Positions 34,137 to 43,154 of a stretch of 64,000 bases of DNA are shown here, one piece after another. Under the pieces are notes generated by a model. The model saw nothing but the letters and a program-made list of their open reading frames with translations. It was not told the origin of the DNA and made no database searches. Origin of the DNA: a virus; the IMG/VR virus record IMGVR_UViG_3300042384_000288, positions 32,001 through 96,000 of that record; one strand, given 5' to 3'. Position numbers and translations under genes: made by a program. Every line of letters begins with the position of its first letter. The stretch's first letter is position 1.

Positions 34137-34932
34137 TAGTTTTATTTGGGGCAGTGAACTTGCTGATAATATAGTAGAATTCAATGAAGAAACACAGGAA
34201 TTAGTACACGAAATAGTCAGTCAAAGCACGTTTACAGCATTGTTAGCCAAAGATATGAATCAACAGTATGCGTGCGTGGCATATCCTGGATATGCCAATG
34301 GTGCAATTCGTAGAACAGTTATGAATGCTTGTGAGCGCATACAAGATATAGATCTAGTGGTTGTTTGTTGGAGTTTTTTAAGCAGATACGAATTTCGATT
34401 TGTACAGGATACAGAAGAAAGATGGGGACATTGGTATAGCATAACTCCATGGTCTGCTATAGACGACATTAACACTATTAAAAAAGGTTTTAAATCAGAT
34501 AATCCTACTATTTTAGAACATCATGTTAATAATCTTAAGCGAGCTAAACGCACTGGGATATCTTCTTTCGCTAAATCATTTTATCAACACGTAGGCACCG
34601 CCTGTTATTATGAATTATGGAGTAGCTATACAGAAATAGTGTTGTTGCAGCAATATCTACAATTAAAAGGGATACCATACATTTTTACCACTGTGGATGA
34701 AAGCCTATTAGAACAGTACAAGAATTGGTCAGACGAGTCAATAAGTACATTGTATAATCAAATTGATCTTTCGCGGTGGGTCATGTTTCCCGGCAATCGT
34801 GGATTTTATACCTGGGCCAGCGATGAAAATTATTTGTTCGGTACTACACACCCGTTAGAACAAGCTCATTATGATGCATACAAATATATTAAGGAGAAAT
34901 ATCATGACATGGTTACGCCGTATTATAAATAG
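34114..34932 (+). CDS. SGNH/GDSL-like hydrolase or acyltransferase
   Basis: N-terminal GDSF.WG, G..N, C-terminal THP..AH. Confidence 0.6.
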   Translation: MTIVVGGDSFIWGSELADNIVEFNEETQELVHEIVSQSTFTALLAKDMNQQYACVAYPGYANGAIRRTVMNACERIQDIDLVVVCWSFLSRYEFRFVQDTEERWGHWYSITPWSAIDDINTIKKGFKSDNPTILEHHVNNLKRAKRTGISSFAKSFYQHVGTACYYELWSSYTEIVLLQQYLQLKGIPYIFTTVDESLLEQYKNWSDESISTLYNQIDLSRWVMFPGNRGFYTWASDENYLFGTTHPLEQAHYDAYKYIKEKYHDMVTPYYK

Positions 34933-35005
34933 AATCAAACTTGAAATTCAATATCGTAAAAAGTTAAAAGAACTACGCAAAAGAGATCCTTTCATTTACA
35001 AATAG
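34904..35005 (+). CDS. 33-aa basic peptide MTWLRRIINRIKLEIQYRKKLKELRKRDPFIYK, below the ORF-track cutoff
   Basis: Strong AAGGAG RBS; the stop lies 1 nt before the next ATG. Confidence 0.75.
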   Translation: MTWLRRIINRIKLEIQYRKKLKELRKRDPFIYK

Positions 35006-35006
35006 T

Positions 35007-35645
35007 ATGCGATTATTAACAGTCGGCGACAGCTTTACCTATGGCGAAGAGTTATCTGATGCAACCAAATCTTGGCCAAATGTACTGGGTCAATATTTAG
35101 GATATGAAGTTACAAACTTAGGCCAACCAGGCAGCGGCAATACACAAATAATTAGAAAAGTAGTAGAGAATATACACAATTACGATTTAATTATTATTGC
35201 TTGGAGTCATTATGCTAGAATAGAATTTGCAGATAAAAATGGAGTATTCGACATCTGGCCAGGAGCCAATTTGGCTGTACATAATTTTCTACCTTATAGA
35301 AAAGAACTAGTTAATTATGTAACAAAATATTATAACGATTTATATTTTTATCAACAATATCTTGTTAATATTTTGCTACTGCAGGGATATCTAGTACAGC
35401 ACAAACAACAATACCTAATGGTTAATTCTTTTGGTAATAATTGGGATGATTTTAAAGACAAAAATAATATAACACAATTAGCTGAGCAAATTGACACTAA
35501 TTATTTTTTAGGATGGCCCAATGACCAAATGGTTGAATGGACATACGGATGTGCCAAAGGACCCGGTGGGCATTTCTTAGAAGACGGGCACAGAAAGGTA
35601 GCGGAAAAAATCAATGAACATATTAGGTCTTTGGGATGGATTTAA
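35007..35645 (+). CDS. SGNH/GDSL-like protein
   Basis: VGDSFTYG, NLGQPGSGN, C-terminal GGHFLEDGH. Confidence 0.65.
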   Translation: MRLLTVGDSFTYGEELSDATKSWPNVLGQYLGYEVTNLGQPGSGNTQIIRKVVENIHNYDLIIIAWSHYARIEFADKNGVFDIWPGANLAVHNFLPYRKELVNYVTKYYNDLYFYQQYLVNILLLQGYLVQHKQQYLMVNSFGNNWDDFKDKNNITQLAEQIDTNYFLGWPNDQMVEWTYGCAKGPGGHFLEDGHRKVAEKINEHIRSLGWI

Positions 35646-35796
35646 CACAGTATCCATTGTGATGTTCTTGTTTACCTTTAGCAACCTGATCACGCATTGC
35701 TGGTAAACTTAGTTTGTGGGTTTTACAAAATTCTGCTAAATTATTGGTCTGCTCAATGTTATAATACCAATGGGTGTATTTGTTTGTTAAATACAT
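35623..35796 (-). pseudogene. Internally deleted HNH homing endonuclease (57 aa)
   Basis: MYLTNKYTHWYYNI (compare MIFINNKYTNIYYNI of 20798..21475) joined directly to a C-terminal DNA-binding-like segment NLAEFCKTHKLS; no HNH core. Confidence 0.7.
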
Positions 35797-35868
35797 TTGC
35801 TGATGCTCCTTTACAAGCGTTAGAGTAGTTGGATATGTCGAGTATCGCGAACTACACTTATATTTATC
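35797..35868 (-). promoter_or_regulatory. Late promoter plus structured leader of an endonuclease gene (copy 1)
   Basis: ATAAATA..GTAGTT-CGC-GATA-loop-TATC-C-AACTAC-TCTAAC..AAAGGAGC..TCAGCAAATG; homologous to 50490..50560. Confidence 0.65.
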
Positions 35869-35885
35869 AAATAATTATGGAAATT

Positions 35886-37376
35886 ATGAATATTCTCGGA
35901 ATTAGTGCTGGGTTTCATGACGCAGCCGCAACATTAGTTAGCAGTCAAGGTGAGATATTATTTGCTGGGCATAGCGAACGCTACAGCAAGCATAAGCACG
36001 ACAGTGACCTACACAGTGATCTAATTACAGATGCTGTTAGATACGGACGACCTGACTGTGTGGCCTACTACGAAAGACCTTGGGTCAAAAAAACTCGACA
36101 ATTGTATGCAGGACAATACAGTGAATTAAAACAAGGGTGGACTGTACGAGGAATGCTTAAACGTACAGTTCCTGAAATTAGTCACTTACCAATTACCGCA
36201 TATAATCATCACCTTAGTCATGCCGCTGCAGGATTTCAAACAAGTCCGTTTGACACTGCAGCAGTGGTAGTAATTGATGCTATAGGTGAGTGGGATACTA
36301 TTAGTATTTGGTCAGCAACGTATAACAATGCAGGTCAAGCAAAATATACTAAAGTATGGGGTCAAAAATATCCGCATAGTATTGGCCTAATGTACTCAGC
36401 TTTTACTCAGAGTGTTGGGCTCAAACCTATGGATGAAGAATATATTCTAATGGGCATGGCTGGATGGGGCAAACAACAGAATTGGTTCCAAGCTGACAAT
36501 CTTAAAGCTAGCCTAATAGAAGATGAAGTAGCAATGATCTTTAAACATAATTTACATATTGGCTTGCCGGGCAAGATTAAAGGTAATTGGACTAATGAAG
36601 ACACAGCACGAGCGGCACAAGAACTTGCAGAAGATTTGATTAGCAATGTTATGCACCGTGCCAGCGAACTTGTACCAAATAGCAATTTAGTCTATTGCGG
36701 TGGTGTAGCACTTAACTGTAGTGCTAATCGTATGTTAGGAGAATACTTTGACAACATTTGGATTATGCCTAATCCTGGCGACGCTGGCAGCAGCCTTGGG
36801 GCAGCGGCCCTTAAATACGGTAAGAGATTGGTGTGGCGCGATGCTTATCTTGGCCACAATATTAGCGGGGACTATCCTGTTAGACAAATCATATCTGAAC
36901 TCGTTACTAACAAAATTGTCGGAGTTGCAAGTGGTAGGGCAGAGTTTGGACCCCGAGCCTTAGGCAATCGTAGTTTATTAGCAGACCCACGTGGTGACAC
37001 AATTAAGGATCAGGTAAATGAAATCAAACGAAGACAAAAATTTAGACCATTCGCTCCAGTTATATTGGAAGAACTTGTCCATGAGTATTTTAGCATGCCT
37101 CGCAATTGGAATAGTAGCCCATATATGCAAACTGTCGCTGAGTGTCGTTATCCTGATCAGTTCCCTGCTATTGTGCATATTGATGGTACCAGCCGTGTGC
37201 AGACTGTGCCAAAAGACGGATCAGGAATAAGACAGTTATTGGAACAGTGGTACACTTGGACAGGTTGCCCTATGTTGTTAAACACTAGCTTGAACATTCG
37301 AGGAGAGCCAATGGTCAATGATCGTGCAGATGCTGACCGATTCGAGCAATTATACGGAGTTCGTGTTTTATCATGA
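35886..37376 (+). CDS. O-carbamoyltransferase (CmcH/NodU/TobZ family)
   Basis: MNILGISAGFHDAAA, ERYSKHKHD, HHLSHAA, DAIGE, GGVALNC, PGDAG, EFGPRALGNRS, RPFAP, LLNTSLN. Start moved to the MNILG ATG. Confidence 0.95.
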   Translation: MNILGISAGFHDAAATLVSSQGEILFAGHSERYSKHKHDSDLHSDLITDAVRYGRPDCVAYYERPWVKKTRQLYAGQYSELKQGWTVRGMLKRTVPEISHLPITAYNHHLSHAAAGFQTSPFDTAAVVVIDAIGEWDTISIWSATYNNAGQAKYTKVWGQKYPHSIGLMYSAFTQSVGLKPMDEEYILMGMAGWGKQQNWFQADNLKASLIEDEVAMIFKHNLHIGLPGKIKGNWTNEDTARAAQELAEDLISNVMHRASELVPNSNLVYCGGVALNCSANRMLGEYFDNIWIMPNPGDAGSSLGAAALKYGKRLVWRDAYLGHNISGDYPVRQIISELVTNKIVGVASGRAEFGPRALGNRSLLADPRGDTIKDQVNEIKRRQKFRPFAPVILEELVHEYFSMPRNWNSSPYMQTVAECRYPDQFPAIVHIDGTSRVQTVPKDGSGIRQLLEQWYTWTGCPMLLNTSLNIRGEPMVNDRADADRFEQLYGVRVLS

Positions 37377-37774
37377 GAATATTAATTTGTGGTCTGCCAG
37401 GCTCGGGTAAAACTACACTAGCACACGCATTATCAACATTGATAGATTGTATATGGTACAATGCTGATGCAGTTAGAAGCAAGTATAATGATTGGGATTT
37501 TTCTAAAGAAGGCAGACTACGTCAGGCAACACGTATGAAAAAGTTAGCCGATGACAGCAACGGTCACATTGTATGTGACTTTGTTGCTCCTACCAAAGAG
37601 ATACGTGATATCTTTGATGCTGACTATGTTGTATGGATAGATACAATTAAACTAGGTAGATTCGAAGATACAAATAAAGTATTTGAGCCACCGGAGCATT
37701 ACGATATACGGGTAACAGAACAAGATGCCGCACGTTGGGCAGCTATTATTGCCAAGGAAATAAATGAAGCCTAA
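37373..37774 (+). CDS. Adenylylsulfate-kinase-like P-loop kinase
   Basis: GLPGSGKTT, NADAVR, DFS.EGR.RQ, FVAP, FEPP. Confidence 0.7.
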   Translation: MRILICGLPGSGKTTLAHALSTLIDCIWYNADAVRSKYNDWDFSKEGRLRQATRMKKLADDSNGHIVCDFVAPTKEIRDIFDADYVVWIDTIKLGRFEDTNKVFEPPEHYDIRVTEQDAARWAAIIAKEINEA

Positions 37775-38186
37775 ACACCAAACAGCACACATGCGAGCCG
37801 CACATATCTACGCTGAACTAAGCACAGCACGTAGACTTAAAGTGGGCGCACTTGTAGTTAAAGATGATAGAATTGTATCAATTGGCTACAACGGTATGCC
37901 CAGTGGATGGGACAACAACTGTGAATATGATTTAGAAGATGGAAATATTAAAACTAGACCGGAGGTATTACATGCAGAAACTAACGCACTTGCGAAATTG
38001 GCTAGAAGTACTGAGTCTGGTCTTGATGCTGATTTATTTGTTACTCATAGTCCTTGCTTGGATTGTGCCAAGCTCATATATCAGAGTGGTATTAAACGAG
38101 TATTCTATGCTACTGCTTACCGCGATAATTCCGGGATTAATTTCCTTAAATCTTCGGGTATTGACGTAGAGCAACTAGATGTTTGA
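37764..38186 (+). CDS. dCMP deaminase (ComEB/T4 cd-like)
   Basis: RLKVGA, GYNGMP, HAE, SPCLDC, SGIKRV. Confidence 0.9.
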   Translation: MKPKHQTAHMRAAHIYAELSTARRLKVGALVVKDDRIVSIGYNGMPSGWDNNCEYDLEDGNIKTRPEVLHAETNALAKLARSTESGLDADLFVTHSPCLDCAKLIYQSGIKRVFYATAYRDNSGINFLKSSGIDVEQLDV

Positions 38187-41100
38187 TGTGTTCTACACGG
38201 GCCCAAAGCCTGGCTTATTTCCATTTGAACTGCCAGCTGATACATTAGCAGAAGCTGCTAGTTTAAGTCGTACTAAGTTTTTTTGGTTCGTCGATGGACA
38301 AAATGACTACACGAGATTTGATTTTAATTTTCGTGCAGTACCCTGGGAAGAACATCAGATACACACCTGGCCAAATCAATGGCAGGTAGACGGCGGCACA
38401 TACTTTGCTAACAAATATACGATTCAAGATCGTATACATAACTTTCACACAGAGACATACACACATCGATTGCCTAATTTAGATTATTGGCATATACCCA
38501 ATAATGTAGACCTTGACAGCGTTGATTATCGCTGGTGCCCTGATACAAAAGAACCTCCATACATTTATGTATTTGGAAATCAATGGAACTCTGCTGTATT
38601 AGAACCAACAGCAATCTATAGTATTCTCGGAGCAACTGAATACAAATATATGGAAGAAATGCCAGTGCGTGTTCTATCAATGATGGACCAGTGGACTCTA
38701 TTAGATGATATCTTAGATTTTGATTATTCGTGGAGACCCAATCCTAAAGAACCACCGTATATCTATATATTCGGCAATCAATGGTTGACTCCAGAACAAC
38801 GACCAGCATTGAAATACACTGTTCTCGGTGCTACGGAAATTAAGTATATGGAATACCCTAAGGCTAATAGAGTAAGTAAGCCAGAGTTATTCATTACACA
38901 TTATGCCTGTGAGTTCGATTATAGTTGGGAACCTGATCCCGGCAGTCCACCATACAATTATATTTTCGGTAATCAACATTGGCCTGCTGAAATTATGCCC
39001 ACAGTAGAATATCATATGGCAGGTGCAACTGAAGATAAATTTATGGATGAACCCAGGGCACAACTAACAGCAACGTCTGAGAATTGGCAGACCTTAATAA
39101 ATTGTGAGTTTGATTATTCATGGTGCCCTGACCCGGGAGACCCGCCATACATTTATGTATTTGGCAATCAATGGTATGCTGGTACAGAAATGCCGACTGT
39201 GGAGTATCATGTGTTCGGTGCTACGGAACGTAAGTTCTTAGATGAACCTCGTGCAAGACTATTTCCTATAATGGAACGCTGGACTGTACCAGAAGAGGTA
39301 GATGCAACGAATATTGATTTTAGTTGGGTACCTCACCCAAAAGATGCACCTTACATACATCACTTTGGATCTGAATTTCAAATGAGTGTAGGATTGCTTT
39401 ACACAGTACCAAGCGCGACAGAACCTAAGTTTGAGGGTGAAATACCATTAATTAAAATTGAAAAGAAACAATTACAAGTATTAGACATATTCTTTATTGA
39501 CAAGAGTAATGTTAGTTCTGCTGCACGTTATGAAAAGTTAGTTGAACAATATCCACATGCGCAACGAGTGCGCTATGTCAATTCAATGATTGATACAATT
39601 CGTCGTTGTATTGCACGAGCAAAGTCTGGTAAGTTTTGGGTTATTAGTAGTGAAAACGTCTACGATAATTTTAATTTCGCATGGCATGCACAACCATGGC
39701 AAAGTTATATGACACATGTATTTGGTTCACAACATCAGAAGTGGAGTGATACATATTTAATTAATCGTTGGGAGTTTGAACGTACTGTCACTTGGGCTAA
39801 TAGCTTGGAAGAATTTCCAAATCTTAACTTTGTGCAAGATCAAAGTATTATTATTCCGGATGACCTACACGACATTTACTATGTAGATCACAATAACCAT
39901 GACAATGGCGGGCTAAACAGCATACAAACCCGGTTTAACAAGGTTAAAGTAACTAGATATGTTAGTGACTATCTAAATACATTTAAACGCATAATGTCTA
40001 CTGCAACTACAGAATATGTTTGGATTATCAGCAGTTTATGCGACTACTCTCGCTTTGACTTTAGTTGGCAACCAGAGCCGTGGCAACGAGAAATGATACA
40101 TGTGTTTCCTAGTGCCGATCAACCGCGCGGTGATACTTTTTATATTCACGTCGAATCGTTTAAAAAACAAATGGACAAACTTGAACTATTAGATTGGTTT
40201 GATGTTATTAATTATTGTGAAGAACAGCGTGTTCCTCGACTACCTATACCGTGTATTACGTATAAAGGAGACAATCTCGTTGATGTAATTAAACAGCACG
40301 AATTTGAACATCCTTATACATGGTTCGTTCCTTACTTTAGTGACATACTGTATAACCCAAGCATTTGGAGTCTAAAAGATAAGAAAATCATGTCTTTTTC
40401 ACCTAATAATGGCTATATTTTAGCACCAAGAGAAGCTAAAAATTATATTAATACACAAGTATATGATTATCCTTATATTAGCAAAAATTCTAAAATATCT
40501 AGCCTAAATCAAGACATTATATTCATTAGCTACGATGAACCTAATGCAGATGCTAATTGGCAGATATTAAGCAGTAAATACCCGCAGGCTCGCCGCCTAC
40601 ACGGCGTAGAAGGTATAGAAATAGCTAAACTAAAAGCTGCAGAAATGAGTTCAACTGATTGGTACTATGCTGTATTTGCTAAAACAGAACTACATCCAGA
40701 CTTTGATTTTAGTTTTAGTCCTGACCTATTTCAAGAACCTAAACACTATATATTTCACGCAGAAAACCCCCTCAATGGACTATGCTATGGACACATGGGT
40801 GTAGTTTTATATAATTGCGGCGTAGTTAAAGCTACTACTAAGTTTGGCATAGATTACACCATGAGTGCACCGCACGCTGTTATACCTATCACTAGCGCAA
40901 TTGCTAGATTTAATAGTGACCCTTACCAAACATGGCGTACTGCTTTCCGTGAAGCAAGTAAACTAGCACAATTCTGCGACGAAACAGATAATGTAGAAAA
41001 CAGCTATCGATTAAATATATGGACTAGCAAAGCAGAAGGACCATACAGTGAATGGTGTTTACAAGGAGCTCGCGACGGAGTTATGTTTTATCATGCTAAT

Positions 41101-41238
41101 AAAGAAGATAAAACCCAGTTAAAAAATGCATTCAACTGGGTTTGGCTACGAGAGTATTTCAGCAGTTTATATAAAGATACTAACGAACCAGATCTAAACG
41201 ATCTACTACAGCGTCAACAACTTTGGCAACAGCAATAG
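38179..41238 (+). CDS. Large multi-repeat protein with tandem GT-A-like modules
   Basis: Five 65-68-aa DYSWxP..PPYIYxFGNQW repeats, several degenerate modules, and a C-terminal ISYDEP...YGHMG...PYQTWRTAFRE domain. Confidence 0.6.
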   Translation: MFDVFYTGPKPGLFPFELPADTLAEAASLSRTKFFWFVDGQNDYTRFDFNFRAVPWEEHQIHTWPNQWQVDGGTYFANKYTIQDRIHNFHTETYTHRLPNLDYWHIPNNVDLDSVDYRWCPDTKEPPYIYVFGNQWNSAVLEPTAIYSILGATEYKYMEEMPVRVLSMMDQWTLLDDILDFDYSWRPNPKEPPYIYIFGNQWLTPEQRPALKYTVLGATEIKYMEYPKANRVSKPELFITHYACEFDYSWEPDPGSPPYNYIFGNQHWPAEIMPTVEYHMAGATEDKFMDEPRAQLTATSENWQTLINCEFDYSWCPDPGDPPYIYVFGNQWYAGTEMPTVEYHVFGATERKFLDEPRARLFPIMERWTVPEEVDATNIDFSWVPHPKDAPYIHHFGSEFQMSVGLLYTVPSATEPKFEGEIPLIKIEKKQLQVLDIFFIDKSNVSSAARYEKLVEQYPHAQRVRYVNSMIDTIRRCIARAKSGKFWVISSENVYDNFNFAWHAQPWQSYMTHVFGSQHQKWSDTYLINRWEFERTVTWANSLEEFPNLNFVQDQSIIIPDDLHDIYYVDHNNHDNGGLNSIQTRFNKVKVTRYVSDYLNTFKRIMSTATTEYVWIISSLCDYSRFDFSWQPEPWQREMIHVFPSADQPRGDTFYIHVESFKKQMDKLELLDWFDVINYCEEQRVPRLPIPCITYKGDNLVDVIKQHEFEHPYTWFVPYFSDILYNPSIWSLKDKKIMSFSPNNGYILAPREAKNYINTQVYDYPYISKNSKISSLNQDIIFISYDEPNADANWQILSSKYPQARRLHGVEGIEIAKLKAAEMSSTDWYYAVFAKTELHPDFDFSFSPDLFQEPKHYIFHAENPLNGLCYGHMGVVLYNCGVVKATTKFGIDYTMSAPHAVIPITSAIARFNSDPYQTWRTAFREASKLAQFCDETDNVENSYRLNIWTSKAEGPYSEWCLQGARDGVMFYHANKEDKTQLKNAFNWVWLREYFSSLYKDTNEPDLNDLLQRQQLWQQQ
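38524..39432 (+). repeat. Five degenerate 195-204-bp coding repeats
   Basis: Units begin at 38524, 38722, 38917, 39112 and 39316. Confidence 0.85.
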
Positions 41239-42073
41239 CATTATCTACATCACTTTTAGGAGTTTTTCTGGTAGTAACGCAATCAATAAAATGTTCTAAT
41301 TCTAATTGCAGTGGGCTTTTATTTAGATCTGGTATATAACTTTCGTCTAATTTAAGTTCAGTAAGTTTACAGTCAATGACAGTGCCTTGATATAGATCTA
41401 CACAATTAGCTACATCATCCCATACAATACTACCTTGTTCGCCAATAATAGTGATCTTACGAATCTTTTCTGGCCAATACCAGCTGCCGGTAATGCGCAC
41501 TGTGGCATCTCCAGCAATCATATTGAAGTTTACATAATCTGGTTGCTGATTGTTGGTAAATCTGGCGGCATCTACGTCAGCAACCAAAATATTTTCGCCT
41601 AATAGTTCTAACATAATGCTAACGTCATGTGTAAGTAAAGTATGCATTGGTGTAGTTTTGGTTTGATAGATACCCCAATTAAGTCGTTGACTGTCTACAT
41701 GTTTAATTTTACCAATACGATAAATATTTTTTTTAATCCACTTTATAGCGGGGTGATATAAGAATATATGGCCAACCATTAATATTCTATCCCCTTGTAA
41801 ACCTTTAAACAATTGGCAACAATGTTCTGTTTCTGCTAATGGTTTTTCAATGTAACAATCAAAACCTCGTGTTAATAATTTAGCACCTGTGTTAAAGTGA
41901 TCCCATACGGGTGTGGCTACTATCGCAGTCTTGATATTGGAGTCAATATCATCAATATTCTGTTTATTTTTAATATCGATGATTTGAAATTTACCCACTG
42001 CAGGATTATTTTCTAAACTGCTAATGATCTTGTTACCCCAATAACCACCGCCAATTAATGCTATATTAATCAT
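41180..42073 (-). CDS. Gfo/Idh/MocA-family oxidoreductase
   Basis: IGGGYWG, ATP..H, IEKP, VGH.F.YHP, HD. Confidence 0.9.
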   Translation of the reverse strand: MINIALIGGGYWGNKIISSLENNPAVGKFQIIDIKNKQNIDDIDSNIKTAIVATPVWDHFNTGAKLLTRGFDCYIEKPLAETEHCCQLFKGLQGDRILMVGHIFLYHPAIKWIKKNIYRIGKIKHVDSQRLNWGIYQTKTTPMHTLLTHDVSIMLELLGENILVADVDAARFTNNQQPDYVNFNMIAGDATVRITGSWYWPEKIRKITIIGEQGSIVWDDVANCVDLYQGTVIDCKLTELKLDESYIPDLNKSPLQLELEHFIDCVTTRKTPKSDVDNAIAVAKVVDAVVDRLDLVR

Positions 42074-43154
42074 TTTGTACCCACGCTTTAACTAAGTTAA
42101 TAATATAATCTTGTTGTTCGATAGTCAAGGTATGATAACAAGGTAAACTGACAATTCTACGACACATAGCTGATACTTTAGGTGTGGGCTCTGTTATGTA
42201 TTTTTGGAATATTGGCTGTTCATTTAGACTTTCTAAGTAGTGTACATTACAAGTAACTCCTTTGGCCTTCATGTATTCAATAAATTCATCTCTACGGGGA
42301 ATTTCTATTACATAAACATAATAGGTATGATAACACCAATCATATTCTTTAGGTGTTACTACATAGTCTTTTAGCTGTTCAGTATAACGATGACAGATAC
42401 TACGTTTGCTATCTAACCAACGATCTAAGTGTGGAAGTTTAGCCTGTACAACTGCGGCCTGCAGATTATCAATACGTGCGTTAATACCGCGTACTTCAAA
42501 CGTCCATTTGTTTTGACGTCCATGATTGTTATACATTCTGCATTTAGCAATTAATTCTCGACTGCCTGTAATAGCACCAGCATCACCCATAGCACCTAAG
42601 TTTTTAACAGGATTAAAACTAAAACAGGTCAAATCTACTAAACTACCTACTTGTTTGCCTTTGTACCTAGTACGTACACTATGAGCGGCATCTTCAATTA
42701 ACCATAGATCATATTTGTCAGCTATCTCACGTAAGCGATCAATATCTGGTGTGTGGCCATACATGTCTACAAATAGAATAGCTTTGGTCTTATCGGTGAT
42801 TCTGCGCTCAATTTGATCTACATCAATTTGGTGATTATCATCTATATCAACAAACACAGGATTAGCACCCTGCCAAATAATTGCTTCGCTGGTACTGATA
42901 AATGTGTGTGGAGTTGTAATAACTTCGTCACCTTGTGTAATACCTATCGTCATTAACGCACACATAAGAGCAGTAGTTCCACTGCCAGTAGCACAGCAAT
43001 CTTCTGCTTCTACAAAGTCAGCAAACGCTCGTTCAAATTCTGTGGTAATACTACCTGCAATAAAACCACTACTGTCGATCACTCGACGGATAGCTTGATC
43101 TATTTCAGTTTTAATTTCTAAATTTTGTTTTGTTAAATCGGTAAAAGGTATCAT
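42066..43154 (-). CDS. DegT/DnrJ/EryC1/StrS PLP-dependent sugar aminotransferase
   Basis: MIPFTDL, SGTTAL, EDAAH, FSFNPVKNLGAMGDAG, NARIDNLQAA. Confidence 0.95.
   Translation of the reverse strand: MIPFTDLTKQNLEIKTEIDQAIRRVIDSSGFIAGSITTEFERAFADFVEAEDCCATGSGTTALMCALMTIGITQGDEVITTPHTFISTSEAIIWQGANPVFVDIDDNHQIDVDQIERRITDKTKAILFVDMYGHTPDIDRLREIADKYDLWLIEDAAHSVRTRYKGKQVGSLVDLTCFSFNPVKNLGAMGDAGAITGSRELIAKCRMYNNHGRQNKWTFEVRGINARIDNLQAAVVQAKLPHLDRWLDSKRSICHRYTEQLKDYVVTPKEYDWCYHTYYVYVIEIPRRDEFIEYMKAKGVTCNVHYLESLNEQPIFQKYITEPTPKVSAMCRRIVSLPCYHTLTIEQQDYIINLVKAWVQND

Noticed and set aside
35829-35885. N-terminal extension of the carbamoyltransferase given by the ORF track
   Set aside because: It is the reverse complement of the endonuclease promoter/leader; the family N-terminus begins at MNILG (35886).
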